Assembly: GCA_963693365.1 (NCBI GenBank)
Contig: CAVNZM010000004.1
Coordinates: 11,002,468 to 11,066,467, forward strand
DNA from: Amoebidium appalachense
Taxonomy: Eukaryota > Protista > Ichthyosporea
Length of the DNA: 64,000 nucleotides
Direction of reading: 5' to 3'
Part shown: positions 1 through 34,112 of the stretch, one piece after another
Position numbering within the stretch: the first letter of the stretch is position 1
Layout of the letters: each line of letters opens with the position of its first letter
Notes under the pieces: generated by a model
What the model saw: only the letters and a program-made list of their open reading frames with translations
What the model was told of the DNA's origin: nothing
Databases searched by the model: none
Program-made: the position numbers and the translations under genes

Positions 1-89
1 TATTATGCGTACTCTTTATGTATGGTTTGCACTCTGCATCTTGTTATCCGTTGTTCATGTGTACCCCATATTTTGTGACGCATTCAAAC
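1..89 (+). mobile_element. 3' end of poly(C)-associated retroposon-like repeat (subfamily A-like, cut by window edge)
   Basis: Reverse complement of the 31051-31140 and 58429-58518 sequence with several substitutions; ends ...GACGCATTCAAA, followed after CTCCA by a long C tract. Confidence 0.75.
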
Positions 90-92
90 TCC

Positions 93-151
<59 letters not shown>

Positions 152-261
152 AAAAAAAAAAAAAAGTGGAATGTTAACCCCGTCAATGTACTATGAGACG
201 AATATCAAGAGTGTCGGGATATCCACCAAGGCGTACATATGGAAAAACCCCCTCTTTTCAG

Positions 262-353
262 GTGTGCTACAGCTCGTTATATGTGTGGGTGCTGACGGCA
301 TGGGTTACAGGTAGGGGCAAGCGCAGAGTCGAACTGACAAAGAGCACACGCCT
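262..353 (+). CDS. possible internal/3' exon of an unidentified plus-strand gene entering from the left
   Basis: ttttcag| acceptor and |gtacgt donor bracket an open frame VCYSSLYVWVLTAWVTGRGKRRVELTKSTRL; possible last exon 623-718. No recognisable homology. Confidence 0.25.
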
Positions 354-829
354 GGTACGTTACAAATTTCTTGGCTTTGCTATCCCCCCCCCCCTCCCCC
401 CCCCCCCCCCCCCCCCGGCGCTCTGCCCCTACTTCAAACCCCCTCCCCCCCTCCTCCCTCTCTTTCCCTGCCCCTACTTATACTTGCACACACACTGCCC
501 CCTCCCCCCCCCCCCCCCCCCCCCCCCCTTCCTCCCCTCTTCCCCCCCCCCCCCCCCCCCCCCCCTTTTCCCCTTCAACCCCTCTTGTCCATTTCCGTTT
601 CCATCCCTTCCAACACACGTAGTCTGATTCGTACCTTTATCGGCACACGGTATCCCACTTTACTATGCTGCTACTGTGTATAAACATATCTAACCCTGGT
701 TCCAGCCATGTGGACTGACGGCTGATTTTACCATCGACTAAACACGGCTTGCGGTGGGCGGGCAGTGAACACGTGTTAAGGCCTGTCACGTGATCAGTGT
801 GACGTCAGCACCTACACATTTCAATGGCT

Positions 830-1900
830 ATATGCGGATCCACAGTGTTGGACGAAAATCACCCTTTAACAAACATGTTTCTGATCCCAAGGGTTGAATC
901 AGAACCACCATTCGAGAGAATTGGTAGCAAAGAATGTGGTGATGTATGGGGTTCGTGTGACTAGCATGGCTTTTAGGCGATTTGGGGGTGGTTCCCTTAT
1001 GGTTTCTCGCTGAATCCATATCTCCTTGAAATAACGATAATGTTACAGTGGTTTGATTGGATTGGATTGGGGACTTGCATCTTGCCTGACCCCCCCCCCC
1101 CCCCCCCCCCCCCCCCTTTCTCCGGTGTTTTTTTCAATTATAATGAAGGTTTTTTTTTTTTTTTTTTTTGATTTATTAATGGCTTTTCTTTCTTTTTTTA
1201 TCCCGCGGGGGGGGGGGGGGGGGGGGAGGGGGGGGGAGGGGGGGGGGGATACCATAAGATGACACACCTTGTTATATTGACCACGAATGACTCGGATTTC
1301 TTAACGTCGATAATGCCATACTTAGGCATGAATGGTGTTGATATGGCTGTACATGCTCAACCCTATAGTGTACATATCCCACTGTAAGAATGTGAATAAA
1401 TTTCATGCGATTAACAGATATATATATTCAGTGTACACATGTGCAACCTGAATGAATGTTTCATCTCTTATGTTTTGACCACCAGGTCCGTGGGAGATTC
1501 GGTTGCAGATATTGAAGAGCCTGTGTGTGTAGGCAGTTATATGTACATGCACACACGCGTGAGTTTAAGTCATAGAGTACATGTATCAGCCTGCGGTGTC
1601 ACACGGGAAGGCGACCGTGTACGTACACCATGCATGGCATAATGATAGGCATTGAGCCCATGTACATGCATTATGTGTCGACGACAAAACATGTATACGT
1701 ATTTGTGTGTGCACCTGCGCATGTGTGTATGTGCATGTGTGTGTATGTTTATGTATATCTTATCTACCATAATTTCAAATTGCTTCGGTGATCGATGTCA
1801 CATAATACCTTGTATTTCAAAGTCATCGCAAAAGGCACTGTGACATACGAGGGCAATAAAATGCCTCTAAATTTAAATATAGTTTAGTAACTTTAGGGGG

Positions 1901-1936
<36 letters not shown>

Positions 1937-2176
1937 GTTGCTCATTTATTTTACCAAAAAAAAAACTTCAACCCGCACCCGTATATCTTGCCAGCATAGG
2001 GAGAAAGTCCAGATTCTCTTCACCGCAGTCCGTTAAATTGCAAACGGGTGAAACTGCAGGTAGTTATGTAGAGAACGAGCCGATTCACTGGGTTATAAGG
2101 CAGCAGTCTAGGTTGAACTTACGGGGAGATCGGCAGTGTCAAATCTGAAGGGCGTGGGGTGTGGGGTTTGCAACAA

Positions 2177-2217
<41 letters not shown>

Positions 2218-3090
2218 GGGAGGTGCGGAGATGGGTAATAGCCAAACAGTGCAAAATTCTTAGGTCTTGATCTATTAGGCACAAGCCGAACACACGTGCA
2301 CACACACACACACAAACACATGCACACGCTTAGACATCCCCCCCCCCCCCCCCCCCCCCCCCGGCACTATTAGTAAGGCGCACACGCATGCACGTGCATG
2401 CGCACATACACACTGTAACGCACAAGTACTGCAGGAAATATGGGACAGGAGTACTGCAGGAAATATGGGTCAGCATGCGCACATACACACTGTAACGCAC
2501 GAGTACTCAGGAAATATGGGACAGCATGCGCACATACACACTGTAACGCACGAGTACTCAGGAAATATGGGACAGCATGCGCACATACACACTGTAACGC
2601 ACGAGTACTCAGGAAATATGGGACAGCATGCGCACATACACACTGTAACGCACGAGTACTCAGGAAATATGGGACAGCATGCGCACATACACACTGTAAC
2701 GCACAAGTACTCAGGAAATATGGGACAGCATGCGCACATACACACTGTAACGCACGAGTGCTCAGGAAATATGGGACAGCATGCGCACATACACACTGTA
2801 ACGCACCAGTACTGCAGGAAATATGGGACAGCATGCGCACGTGCATGCATGCAAGCGCACACGGGGACACCAGCAAACCCTTGCATTAAGTCCACACCAT
2901 GCAGTCTGATTGCTACTCTGATACCAGGGCTCACATTGTATCTACATGGCATTCTTCCATGCTTTGCCAGAATAATTTGCAATCATACGCAACCAGGCGC
3001 ACATAGTGTTAAGTCCTTTCCAATCAACAGGTAGCATTCAGTAAAGGCATTAAGATATGTCCTACATGCTACAACAAAAGTCCTGTTGTC

Positions 3091-3129
<39 letters not shown>

Positions 3130-3235
3130 AAATAAAAGATACAATAAAAAGGAAAATAAAAAATAACCAACCAATCAAGGTCCAGAGCGCCATTTCCCAG
3201 GACAACGTGTGCAATAATGTCACAATCCACTTCAT
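830..3235 (-). pseudogene. decayed or recoded multi-exon orphan gene (putative secreted protein), copy 1
   Basis: Exon-like blocks with GT-AG borders: 3172-3235 MKWIVTLLHTLSWEMALWTLI (hydrophobic leader), ~2995-3068 ACRTYLNAFTECYLLIGKDLTL, ~2879-2941 YNVSPGIRVAIRLHGVDLMQG, ~2122-2143 FDTADLP, ~1979-2053 (in-frame TAA at 2033-2035), ~1809-1866 RHFIALVCHSAFCDDFEIQ, ~1483-1520, ~1268-1347, ~899-1024 EIWIQRETIREPPPNRLKAMLVTRTPYITTFFATNSLEWWF*. Not all phases join. Confidence 0.4.
2397..2840. repeat. 51-bp minisatellite, ~8 copies
   Basis: Unit CAGCATGCGCACATACACACTGTAACGCACGAGTACTCAGGAAATATGGGA, head-to-tail with 0-2 differences per unit; produces the 17-aa periodic ORFs in the track. Confidence 0.95.
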
Positions 3236-3300
3236 CAGTCCCTTATTACGCCCGCCCAGCAACCACCGATGTCATTAAACATTGATCAATTTGGCTATTT

Positions 3301-3310
3301 CCATATATGG
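3301..3310. promoter_or_regulatory. CArG box (SRF/MADS consensus CC(A/T)6GG)
   Basis: Perfect CCATATATGG ~65 bp upstream of the ATG at 3235 (minus). Confidence 0.35.
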
Positions 3311-3531
3311 GGCTGCCTCTTTTTTAAGCATTGCCATATACAGTGCGCGCCATCGAGAAATGACGGGTTGGTCGTCAAGGGTGATCAATTTCAAAGAAAA
3401 GATAAATAAATAAAGAAATAAATAAAAAACTATAAATATTGAAGCCCTGATCAACCTCCCCCCTCAACCTAAGCCGTGCCCACCTGCAACCAGACACATC
3501 CAGCCCCTCCCCCTGCCCCCATGCAGCTAGT

Positions 3532-25629
<22,098 letters not shown>

Positions 25630-26643
25630 GGCCCTAATTACTAGCCACAAGCACACCCTTAGAAGGTTTAGAAACTATAATTAACTCTTCCCAGGCCACA
25701 CTAACTTAATAATGGTACCGTTGAAGGGGCTTGAATTTTTCGTTCGAGCTGTGCGGCAAGTCACAGAGAGCCGAGCGCACTTCATGCTTGGCGCGCCGCG
25801 CTGCAGCTGTGTCACGGTGCTTTTTGGCCCCCGCGATCGACCAGCTGCTCATTGACGGGATCCAAAACTGAAATTTGAATTGCAGCATTAGTATTCATAT
25901 TGAATCCCATGTGTAGATTGCATAAGTATAAATTTGGGTATATATAATAATAATTATCGGTTTATAACCTCTTTGTTCCGAGAAAGCTTTTCTTAGTGTT
26001 ATGATAATATAATTCTAGTAGTAAATTTTAATCCTAAATACCCAAGACGTTGGAATTCGTAAAATGTCATTTTTAGCTGATCCGGGATTGGAATTCATGA
26101 GTTGAATGAGAATTTCAAATGGTTATTATAAATTTTTGTATCATGTAGCCTTGGGGATAACTTCAAGGTGAGAAATTCTGGTGGGGTCCAAAGTATGCAG
26201 TGTTTCGGGGGAAACACGGCGATTACGCAACACCCAGCTGACCACCCCAAAAAAAGAAAAAAAAATTGATGGTGTGTTCGAGACATTTTATTTGTTCCTC
26301 TTATACTCGCATTATATAAGAACAACAGCGGCTCTAACTTTAACACCACAGACAAAAGTCGCCACATGGCATTATTGTTCTTCATTACGGTCGTCTTGTG
26401 CCACAGGCAACAAAAAAGCATCGGGACTTGCGTAGAATTTTTCGCACCAAAGAAATAGCACGGCAACGATCTAAAAAGAAAAAATAAAAAAAGTGTTACA
26501 ACAACAACGGCGTGTTTGAATCACATACGTGCTCTTCACACCGAAAGAACATTTTACGAATTTTGTGTCTGTGTGTCTCTACTACCACAGGGCACCAGAG
26601 GAAAATCTACTTTAGGTGTACTCGTGCACGGCGGGGCAAGAGG

Positions 26644-26696
<53 letters not shown>

Positions 26697-27029
26697 ATGT
26701 GTGTGTGTGTGTACGTGTGTGCGTGTGTGTTCGCGCGAGTACACACATGTTGGTCTGTGTGTGCGCGCGCGAGCGTGGCGCGCATGAGGTTCCCTCTTCC
26801 ATTTATAGGGGGACTAACAGCAAAAGAAGCCATAAAGAAGAGAGGTTGGGGTCAGGGAGGCAAGAGGGTGTGAGCGAGACAGGGAGAGGGGGAGGGGAAG
26901 AAGAGGGGGGGGAGATTGAGGGGGAGGGGGGGAGGGGGGGGGGGGGGGGGGGGGGCAGGGAGAGGCAGAGAGGGGGAGGAGAGAGAGAGAGAGAGAGGGG
27001 GGGGGGGGGGGGGGGATAAAGATGTTTGC

Positions 27030-27390
27030 CTAATGGTGGTGTGAGTGCCCATGGCCCACATCCTCCACCCCATGCGCATGCGAATGTGTATGCCCGTGCC
27101 CCACAGCCACAGCCGATGCTGATTGGTTCATCATAGGCCCGGCCCACGTGTTCGTGGGAACAGATCCCTGCATGCTATTGGCTGGCCCCATCCAATCATC
27201 TTGTCGGATCTGGACCGTGAGGTTGGTGACGTATGCCGAGAATGCAGCCTGCATTCTGGCAAGAACTAGTTGCGGGTCGGCATCACGACGGATACGCACG
27301 TGCAGTGACCCAATCACCTCGTTGTATCTGGGAAAAGAGAGAGGGAGTAAGCAGCGAGGTAAGTGGGACCAATGGGGTGATGTGTGTGAG

Positions 27391-27432
<42 letters not shown>

Positions 27433-27460
27433 GCAAGCCGTGCATGTGTGTGATAGCGAG

Positions 27461-27554
<94 letters not shown>

Positions 27555-28305
27555 ATGTGTGTGTGTGTGCGTGCGTGACTTTAGTGCGTGTGCATGAGTG
27601 TGTAGCGGGAGGTGTTTGTGTGTTTGCGTGTGCAGGCATGTGTGTTCGTGAGTTTACTGTAATGGGGTTGAGAGCACTTACCCATTCTGCCAGAAATGTT
27701 CATTTTTGATCTCAAGTACCCCCTCAAGGTTGGCAGCCTGGTCAACCCCATAATTAGAGAGACGATATTATTATGGCCAGTCAGTGTGTGTGTGTGTGCC
27801 GGAGCGGTTGGGTGCCACGGTGTGAGGGTGCGAGCTTGCATAAGTGTGTGAGTGCTGATGTGTGTGCCTGATATGACGGTAGGTTGATGTGTGTGAAAGT
27901 GCTCTTCATACCCTAGTGGTGCAGATACCTGCAAATTGAATGATACGTGGTATTTTAAAAAAGGGACTGTGGATGGTCACTGTGTGGTGCTTGTGCATGG
28001 GTGCGCATCTAGCTGGATATCTCTAAAAGAAATTTGAACAACATGTTAAAAGCAAACCCCATTGAATAAAGGGAGAGAAGCAAAGTATGGTCGTGGTGCT
28101 CAACTCCATCAACGGATTGTCTGCACGACCCCAACACGAAAAGCCAACACTACCTACATATCGGCCGTATCAGAAGTAGGGATTGTGAGTCGCAGATGAA
28201 AGGAATCAGTAATATCCAATAGGAGATGTACATGAAAGAGAAGGCAAAGAGGAAGTGTTATGTGGTGGTAGGGGAGGGGGGCAACTCATCCACAGTACCC
28301 GAGTT

Positions 28306-28383
<78 letters not shown>

Positions 28384-29191
28384 TTTGGGGGGGGGGGGGG
28401 GGGGGGGGGAAAGGGAAAAAAAAAACAAAATAAAAATAAAAAAACAAAAATAAATCAAAACAAATAATAAATGTTATACATAATAAATACGTCTTTGAGG
28501 GCGCCCCAGTCATCCACAGTACCCGAGTTTCGACCTATTCCCCTCGTTAACGAAACCCAACTCAGATACTGTTTCACTTGAACATGAGTAGGTCACCCGT
28601 CTTGATCAGAGACGAGCAGGGTTGCTTATGCAGGCAAGGGCAGTGGGAAAGGCCGGGGGTTAAAGTTGCAGCAGTAAGCAGAAGCAAGAAAAATATAGAT
28701 AGGAACTCAGGAGACGGGGCTTCTAGGAAGCTCCCCCGTCGATACCTAAGTCGATACTTCCCTGGCTAACATACTACACCAGCTGAAAAGAATTAAGTCC
28801 CGAAGGCCACAGAATTCGTAATCAGAGGGGAAAATATGAGATTTGACCCACGCCGCAGGGTAGTAACACGCTTACTAGGGCGGAACTTTATCGTCTTCGA
28901 ACGGAAAGCTATGCCCCCGGATGTCAGCCGGAAATATGGTATCACCCATTGCTTTGGGCTTGAAAAAAGCCAAACCGATAGTCCGAGTTATGTTACGCCG
29001 GCGGGTAACATGCCGCATGGGTTCCAAGGGAGCTGTCGCCAACAGAGCGGTGTGTGCATGCGTGCGCGTAACGCAATGTGTGAAGTGTGTCTATAGCTAT
29101 GAAAGGGGGTATGCAGAAGTGGACAGATGAAGTGTGTGGAGAGAAAAACAGTAAGAAGAAAAGTAGACACCGGTATGTGCAACCCCGCACA

Positions 29192-29226
<35 letters not shown>

Positions 29227-29287
29227 AATAAGCGAAGATTACAGGTAATCAACCAGAACAACAAATGACAAGCAAAACAACAGGCGC

Positions 29288-29324
<37 letters not shown>

Positions 29325-29329
29325 AGGAA

Positions 29330-29419
<90 letters not shown>

Positions 29420-31013
29420 GGAGAGAGGGAGAGAGAGAGAGAGAGAAGGTGGGGGGGGGGGGGGGGGGGGAGGGGAGGGGAGGGGGAGGGGGTCTTAGGG
29501 ATGCTGCAGAATCGTCAGATATTAGACAAATCGTACCAATACGATCATTCTCTCATCGGGGGGGGGGGGGGGGGGGTAAAGTACATCTCTGAGACACTTT
29601 GCCAGGGGTGTGCTCTGGGAGGGCAGAGACTGGAGCAGGATGCGGGCATTGAAGGTGAGCATGGGCATGATGGTGTGAGCACTGGCCACCGCAACCACCA
29701 GCCCACACAGCGGGTCTGCCTTGGCAAGCCCACTGTGACACCACCACACTATGGTTAGTATAATTATCATGGGCAGCACTGATAAGTTCCGGAAATTGCA
29801 CTATGCTAGAAATACTGACGCGAGGATAAAGGTGTTTCCAAACTGGTGTCTCCTACATTCTTTGTTTTGTCTCCTTTCTTCTCACTGCGGGTGGACGGGT
29901 GGTAAACCGGACGGACGGACTTGGGCGAGGATGTCTCCCTCCCCCCCCCCCCCCCCCCCCCCTCCATCCCCTCCCCCCCCCCCTCTCCCCCCCCCCCCCC
30001 CTCCCACCACCACCACCACCACGCACGCACGCACACATAAACGCATGCATGCGTGCATGCACACACACACGCACACATGCAGGCATGCACGCAGGACCGC
30101 CCGCCCGCAAACCCATCCGTACACACACACAGCCAGAGAAATGGATGCCCACACGATTAGCACACCCACCCACACACAGAATCCGTCCTCGTTTACTAAA
30201 CAGGAGGATGGGGCTGCAGAGGATGTGTGTGTGTGTCTGTGGTGGTGGGGGAGGATCTGTTGGAAGCGTGCTGTAGTGAGCGAGAACCGGAAGGGTGTGA
30301 AGGAAAGTTGTTCATGAGCACTTACTGGTTTCGGACGAGGTACTGGGACAAGGGCAGGAGACCCCACGTGACAATGGCCACAAATGCGGCGGTGTTTACC
30401 CCCCTAGCCAATAGGATGGTGCGGTGCAGCTTGCCAGTGCCCAGCGTGTTTTGTACTAGTGCTGCAAGCCAGTGCTTGAGCCGGCTACTGCTCGACTCTG
30501 CATGAGACAAGTGTGAGTATGAGTGTGAGTGTGGGAGTGTGTGTGAGTGTGAGTGTGAGTGTGAGTGTGAGTGTGAGTGTGAGTGTGAGTGTGAGTGTGT
30601 GAGTGTGAGTGTGAGTGTGAGTGTGAGTGTGAGCGTGTGCGCGCGTGTGTGTTTGTGTGTGCACGTTTTCTTTTCTTTCTTTCTTTCTTTCTTTCTTTCT
30701 TTTTTTTTTTTTTTTTTTTGGGGGGGGGGGGGTTACAGTTGTAAATGGAAACACAACAGAGGTCCCTGTGCAGAATCATTTTTTTTTTTGTCCTCCGAAG
30801 GGATGGGGATGGTGAAGTGGTGCTGTTTATTTGTGTGCTCAGTTAGGGCATAGCAGGGAGGTATTTCTTTTTTTTTTGAAAGGAGGAAAGGGGGATTCTA
30901 TTTTGGAAGGTGAGGGAGGAGGGTTTAGAAAGTGTTGAGTGTAAGAAGTACACATTCATGACAGATAACACCATGCAGGATTCCAGAACACACCCCAACA
31001 AGATGGGAGGGGA

Positions 31014-31052
<39 letters not shown>

Positions 31053-32002
31053 TGAATGCGTCAAAAAGTACGAAGTACACAAGAACAAACGGATAACACG
31101 ATGCAGAATGCAAGCCATACATAAAGAGTATGCATAATAAGCAGAGCCCATCCTCAGGGGGGGCCCACGTCATCCACAGTACCCGAGTTTCGACCTATTC
31201 CCCTCGTTAACGGGGTGTTGGCTATGTTTGTACCTGGCATGTATCTATGAGCATAGCTGTGACGTCGTGCCAGCACCAACCCCACCAGTCGGGTGGCAAG
31301 CGCTGCGGAAAACAGAACCATCGACGTGCCACTGTGTGCACACAGTCAGTAAGGGGTGAGAGTCGGGGGCAAGGGGGGGGGGGGGGGGGGGGGGGGGAAG
31401 GGTAAGACCGCTTCTGGGGTGAACCAGGTATGTATGTATGTGTTAATGTGGGATTGAATAAGAAGAAGAAAGCGGGCGTACATGGTGACTCCGTAAGAGG
31501 GAGGGAGGGAGGGGGGGGGGGGGGGGGGGGGGGAGGGGGGGTTGTTCAGTGATTCACGATGCATAAATGAATGGCATCTATCATGCTGTATGATTCACCT
31601 CTGCCAACTAAAAGACATTGCACGAACATACATCATTAACTAAAACTGTGTCCATTTCAATATAATATTCTCCCCCCCCCCCCCCCCCCCCTCCCCTCCC
31701 TCCCCCTTACCGCAAAGGACGCGGTTCCCCATCTCTTACCAGGCTAATATATTTAGACTGAGAAAAATGCCACAAACACTTGTATGTGTGTGTTAGCCAT
31801 AGCAAGCAAAAGGACATCTAGGGCCGAGAGCGCAGGTTTAAATGTGCTGGAAATTTATCACCACCTAGAGGGAGAGTGAAGGAGTAAAGCGGAGGGAGGG
31901 ATCAGAGAACGGTGGGGAGGGTTGCAGTGTTTTTAGTTATCGTCAAAGATGGGGAATCGTGTCCTGTGCGGTGACGGAGGGGGTGGGGGCGGAGGTGGTG
32001 GT

Positions 32003-32034
<32 letters not shown>

Positions 32035-32165
32035 GGAGGAGGAGGAGGAATATATTAGATTGAAATGGACACAGTGTTAGGGGTAGGAGTGTGTAATGGA
32101 GTACGATGTACATATTTCTAAGACAACATAATGCAGAGTGGAAACCACACAAAGAGTATGCAGAG

Positions 32166-32211
<46 letters not shown>

Positions 32212-32343
32212 ACCGACTTGCCGTCTGTGTGGTGCTCATCCTCGACTAGAAGGTGCTCGACTCCTTCCATGCACGACCAGAAGGCGGCTAGAAATAGAAG
32301 CACACACCCTGAAAACACAACAAGCACGTCCACCTGTGTATAG

Positions 32344-32384
<41 letters not shown>

Positions 32385-33864
32385 CGCGCGTGCACGCATG
32401 CCTGAGAGGTGTATGGTTGTGTGCACGTGCACAAATACAAACGGGTGTGTGTGCTTGTGTTTCAGGAGGAATCAGCAATAATCGTCAGTTCAAAGGTACA
32501 CGGGGGCATGGTCGAAAAAGTGTCTCCTGTGTACGTGTGCACGATTGTGTCTGGACCCAGTGCCCGGCCCTGTTTATGTGGAAAAACGAAGTCTGTTGCC
32601 AACAGCAGTTGCCGAAAACTACATGCGGGGTCGACGGATGAAAAGGGGAGCGGTGAGGAGAAGGTTTGGGGTGGGGTGGGGGTGGGGGGAGGGGGGGGGG
32701 GGGGTGGGGAGGGAGGGAGGGGGGGGGGGGGGGGGGGTTTTGAATGCGGAACACGGTACAAAGTACGCATACACGACGAGAAGCATGGTGCAGGACACAT
32801 GCAAAGGCAAACATTCAAGTATGCAACATCAGCCATGTGCACAGTATGCGTCATAAGCAGAGCCCATCCTCAGGGAGGACCCAAGTCATCAATTGCGTCT
32901 GAGTTTCGACCCCTTAGCCCGCGTATATACGACACTCCAACTCAGACAGCAGCATCAACTGAGCTTGGGCGGGTCAACCCGTCTTGATCAAAGACGAGCA
33001 GGGTTGCTTATGCAAGCAAGGTGAGCAAAACGGTGAAGATGTGTGTGCAAACTAATGCAGTGCAGCGAAAAATGTGTATGTGCTTACAGATGCACGACAC
33101 AGAGCAACCATGCCCGGTTGCATGGAAGTAAAGCGGTCTCCACACAGTGGTCTGTCCTGAAAGGACACCTCTGAAAGAAGACTGGGGGGGTTTTGAATGC
33201 GGAACACGGTACAAAGTACGCATACACGACGAGAAGCATGGTGCAGGACACATGCAAAGGCAAACATTCAAGTATGCAACATCAGCCATGTGCACAGTAT
33301 GCGTCATAAGCAGAGCCCATCCTCAGGGAGGACCCAAGTCATCAATTGCGTCTGAGTTTCGACCCCTTAGCCCGCGTATATACGACACTCCAACTCAGAC
33401 AGCAGCATCAACTGAGCTTGGGCGGGTCAACCCGTCTTGATCAAAGACGAGCAGGGTTGCTTATGCAAGCAAGGTGAGCAAAACGGTGAAGATGTGTGTG
33501 CAAACTAATGCAGTGCAGCGAAAAATGTGTATGTGCTTACAGATGCACGACACAGAGCAACCATGCCGGGGGGGGGGGGGGGGGGGGGGATCGCTATCAA
33601 CCCGAGTGTGTGTGGAACAGGGAGAATAGTGCTTGGCAAGGCAACACACAGAGGTGGAATGCGGATTCAATGGATGCAGAAGTGAAGGAAAAATCAGGCA
33701 GGTGGGTTGGGCCATTTGCAGGCGTGTGTGGGCATAAGCCAAAGTTGAGCTTTCCTTGTGCGCCCCCTCCCCATCCATCCCCCTTCCAAATCACGCACAG
33801 ACACAGTGTGTGTGTCTGTGTGTGTGTGTGCGTGCGTGCGTGTGTGTGTGTGTATATTTCTGTG

Positions 33865-33946
<82 letters not shown>

Positions 33947-34068
33947 ATGTGTGTATGGTGTGTATTGGGGGGGGGGGGGGGGGTAGGTGTATGTGTTTGA
34001 ACTTTCCTTGCCCCTCTCTCCCCCCCCTCCCTTTCCCCCCCCCCCTCCCCTCCCCCCGCCCTCCCCCA

Positions 34069-34112
<44 letters not shown>

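Noticed and set aside
2397-2840. CRISPR-like array or repeat protein
   Set aside because: Units are contiguous with no unique spacers, no cas genes are present, and all frames are open simply because 51 is divisible by 3.
27030-27317. ZIP/SLC39 zinc transporter suggested by His-rich segments
   Set aside because: Motifs ([24 protein letters not shown]) are CDF/ZnT6-type.
28500-28640. 5S rRNA, 7SL/SRP RNA, tRNA head or box C/D snoRNA origin of the repeat
   Set aside because: Only short motif resemblances (GGTCGAAAC, TGATGA/CTGA, CTCGTCT..GATC); no cloverleaf, SRP helix-8 motif or 5S fold, and the motifs are not consistent between variants.
31051-31070. IS200/IS605 TnpB or Fanzor right end / omegaRNA (ends in TTCAA)
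   Set aside because: No TnpB/Fanzor ORF in the window, no fixed left end, and variable 5' truncation fits retroposition better.
32215-32222. GC-AG donor (G|GCAAGT) in ZnT6
   Set aside because: A nearby GT donor gives the required phase without a micro-exon; cannot be decided without cDNA.
32860-32912. Hammerhead ribozyme (CUGAGGA and CGAAAC on the minus strand)
   Set aside because: The two core motifs are present but stems I and II cannot be formed in any canonical topology, and variant A lacks the NUH site; kept only as an unclassified structured RNA.
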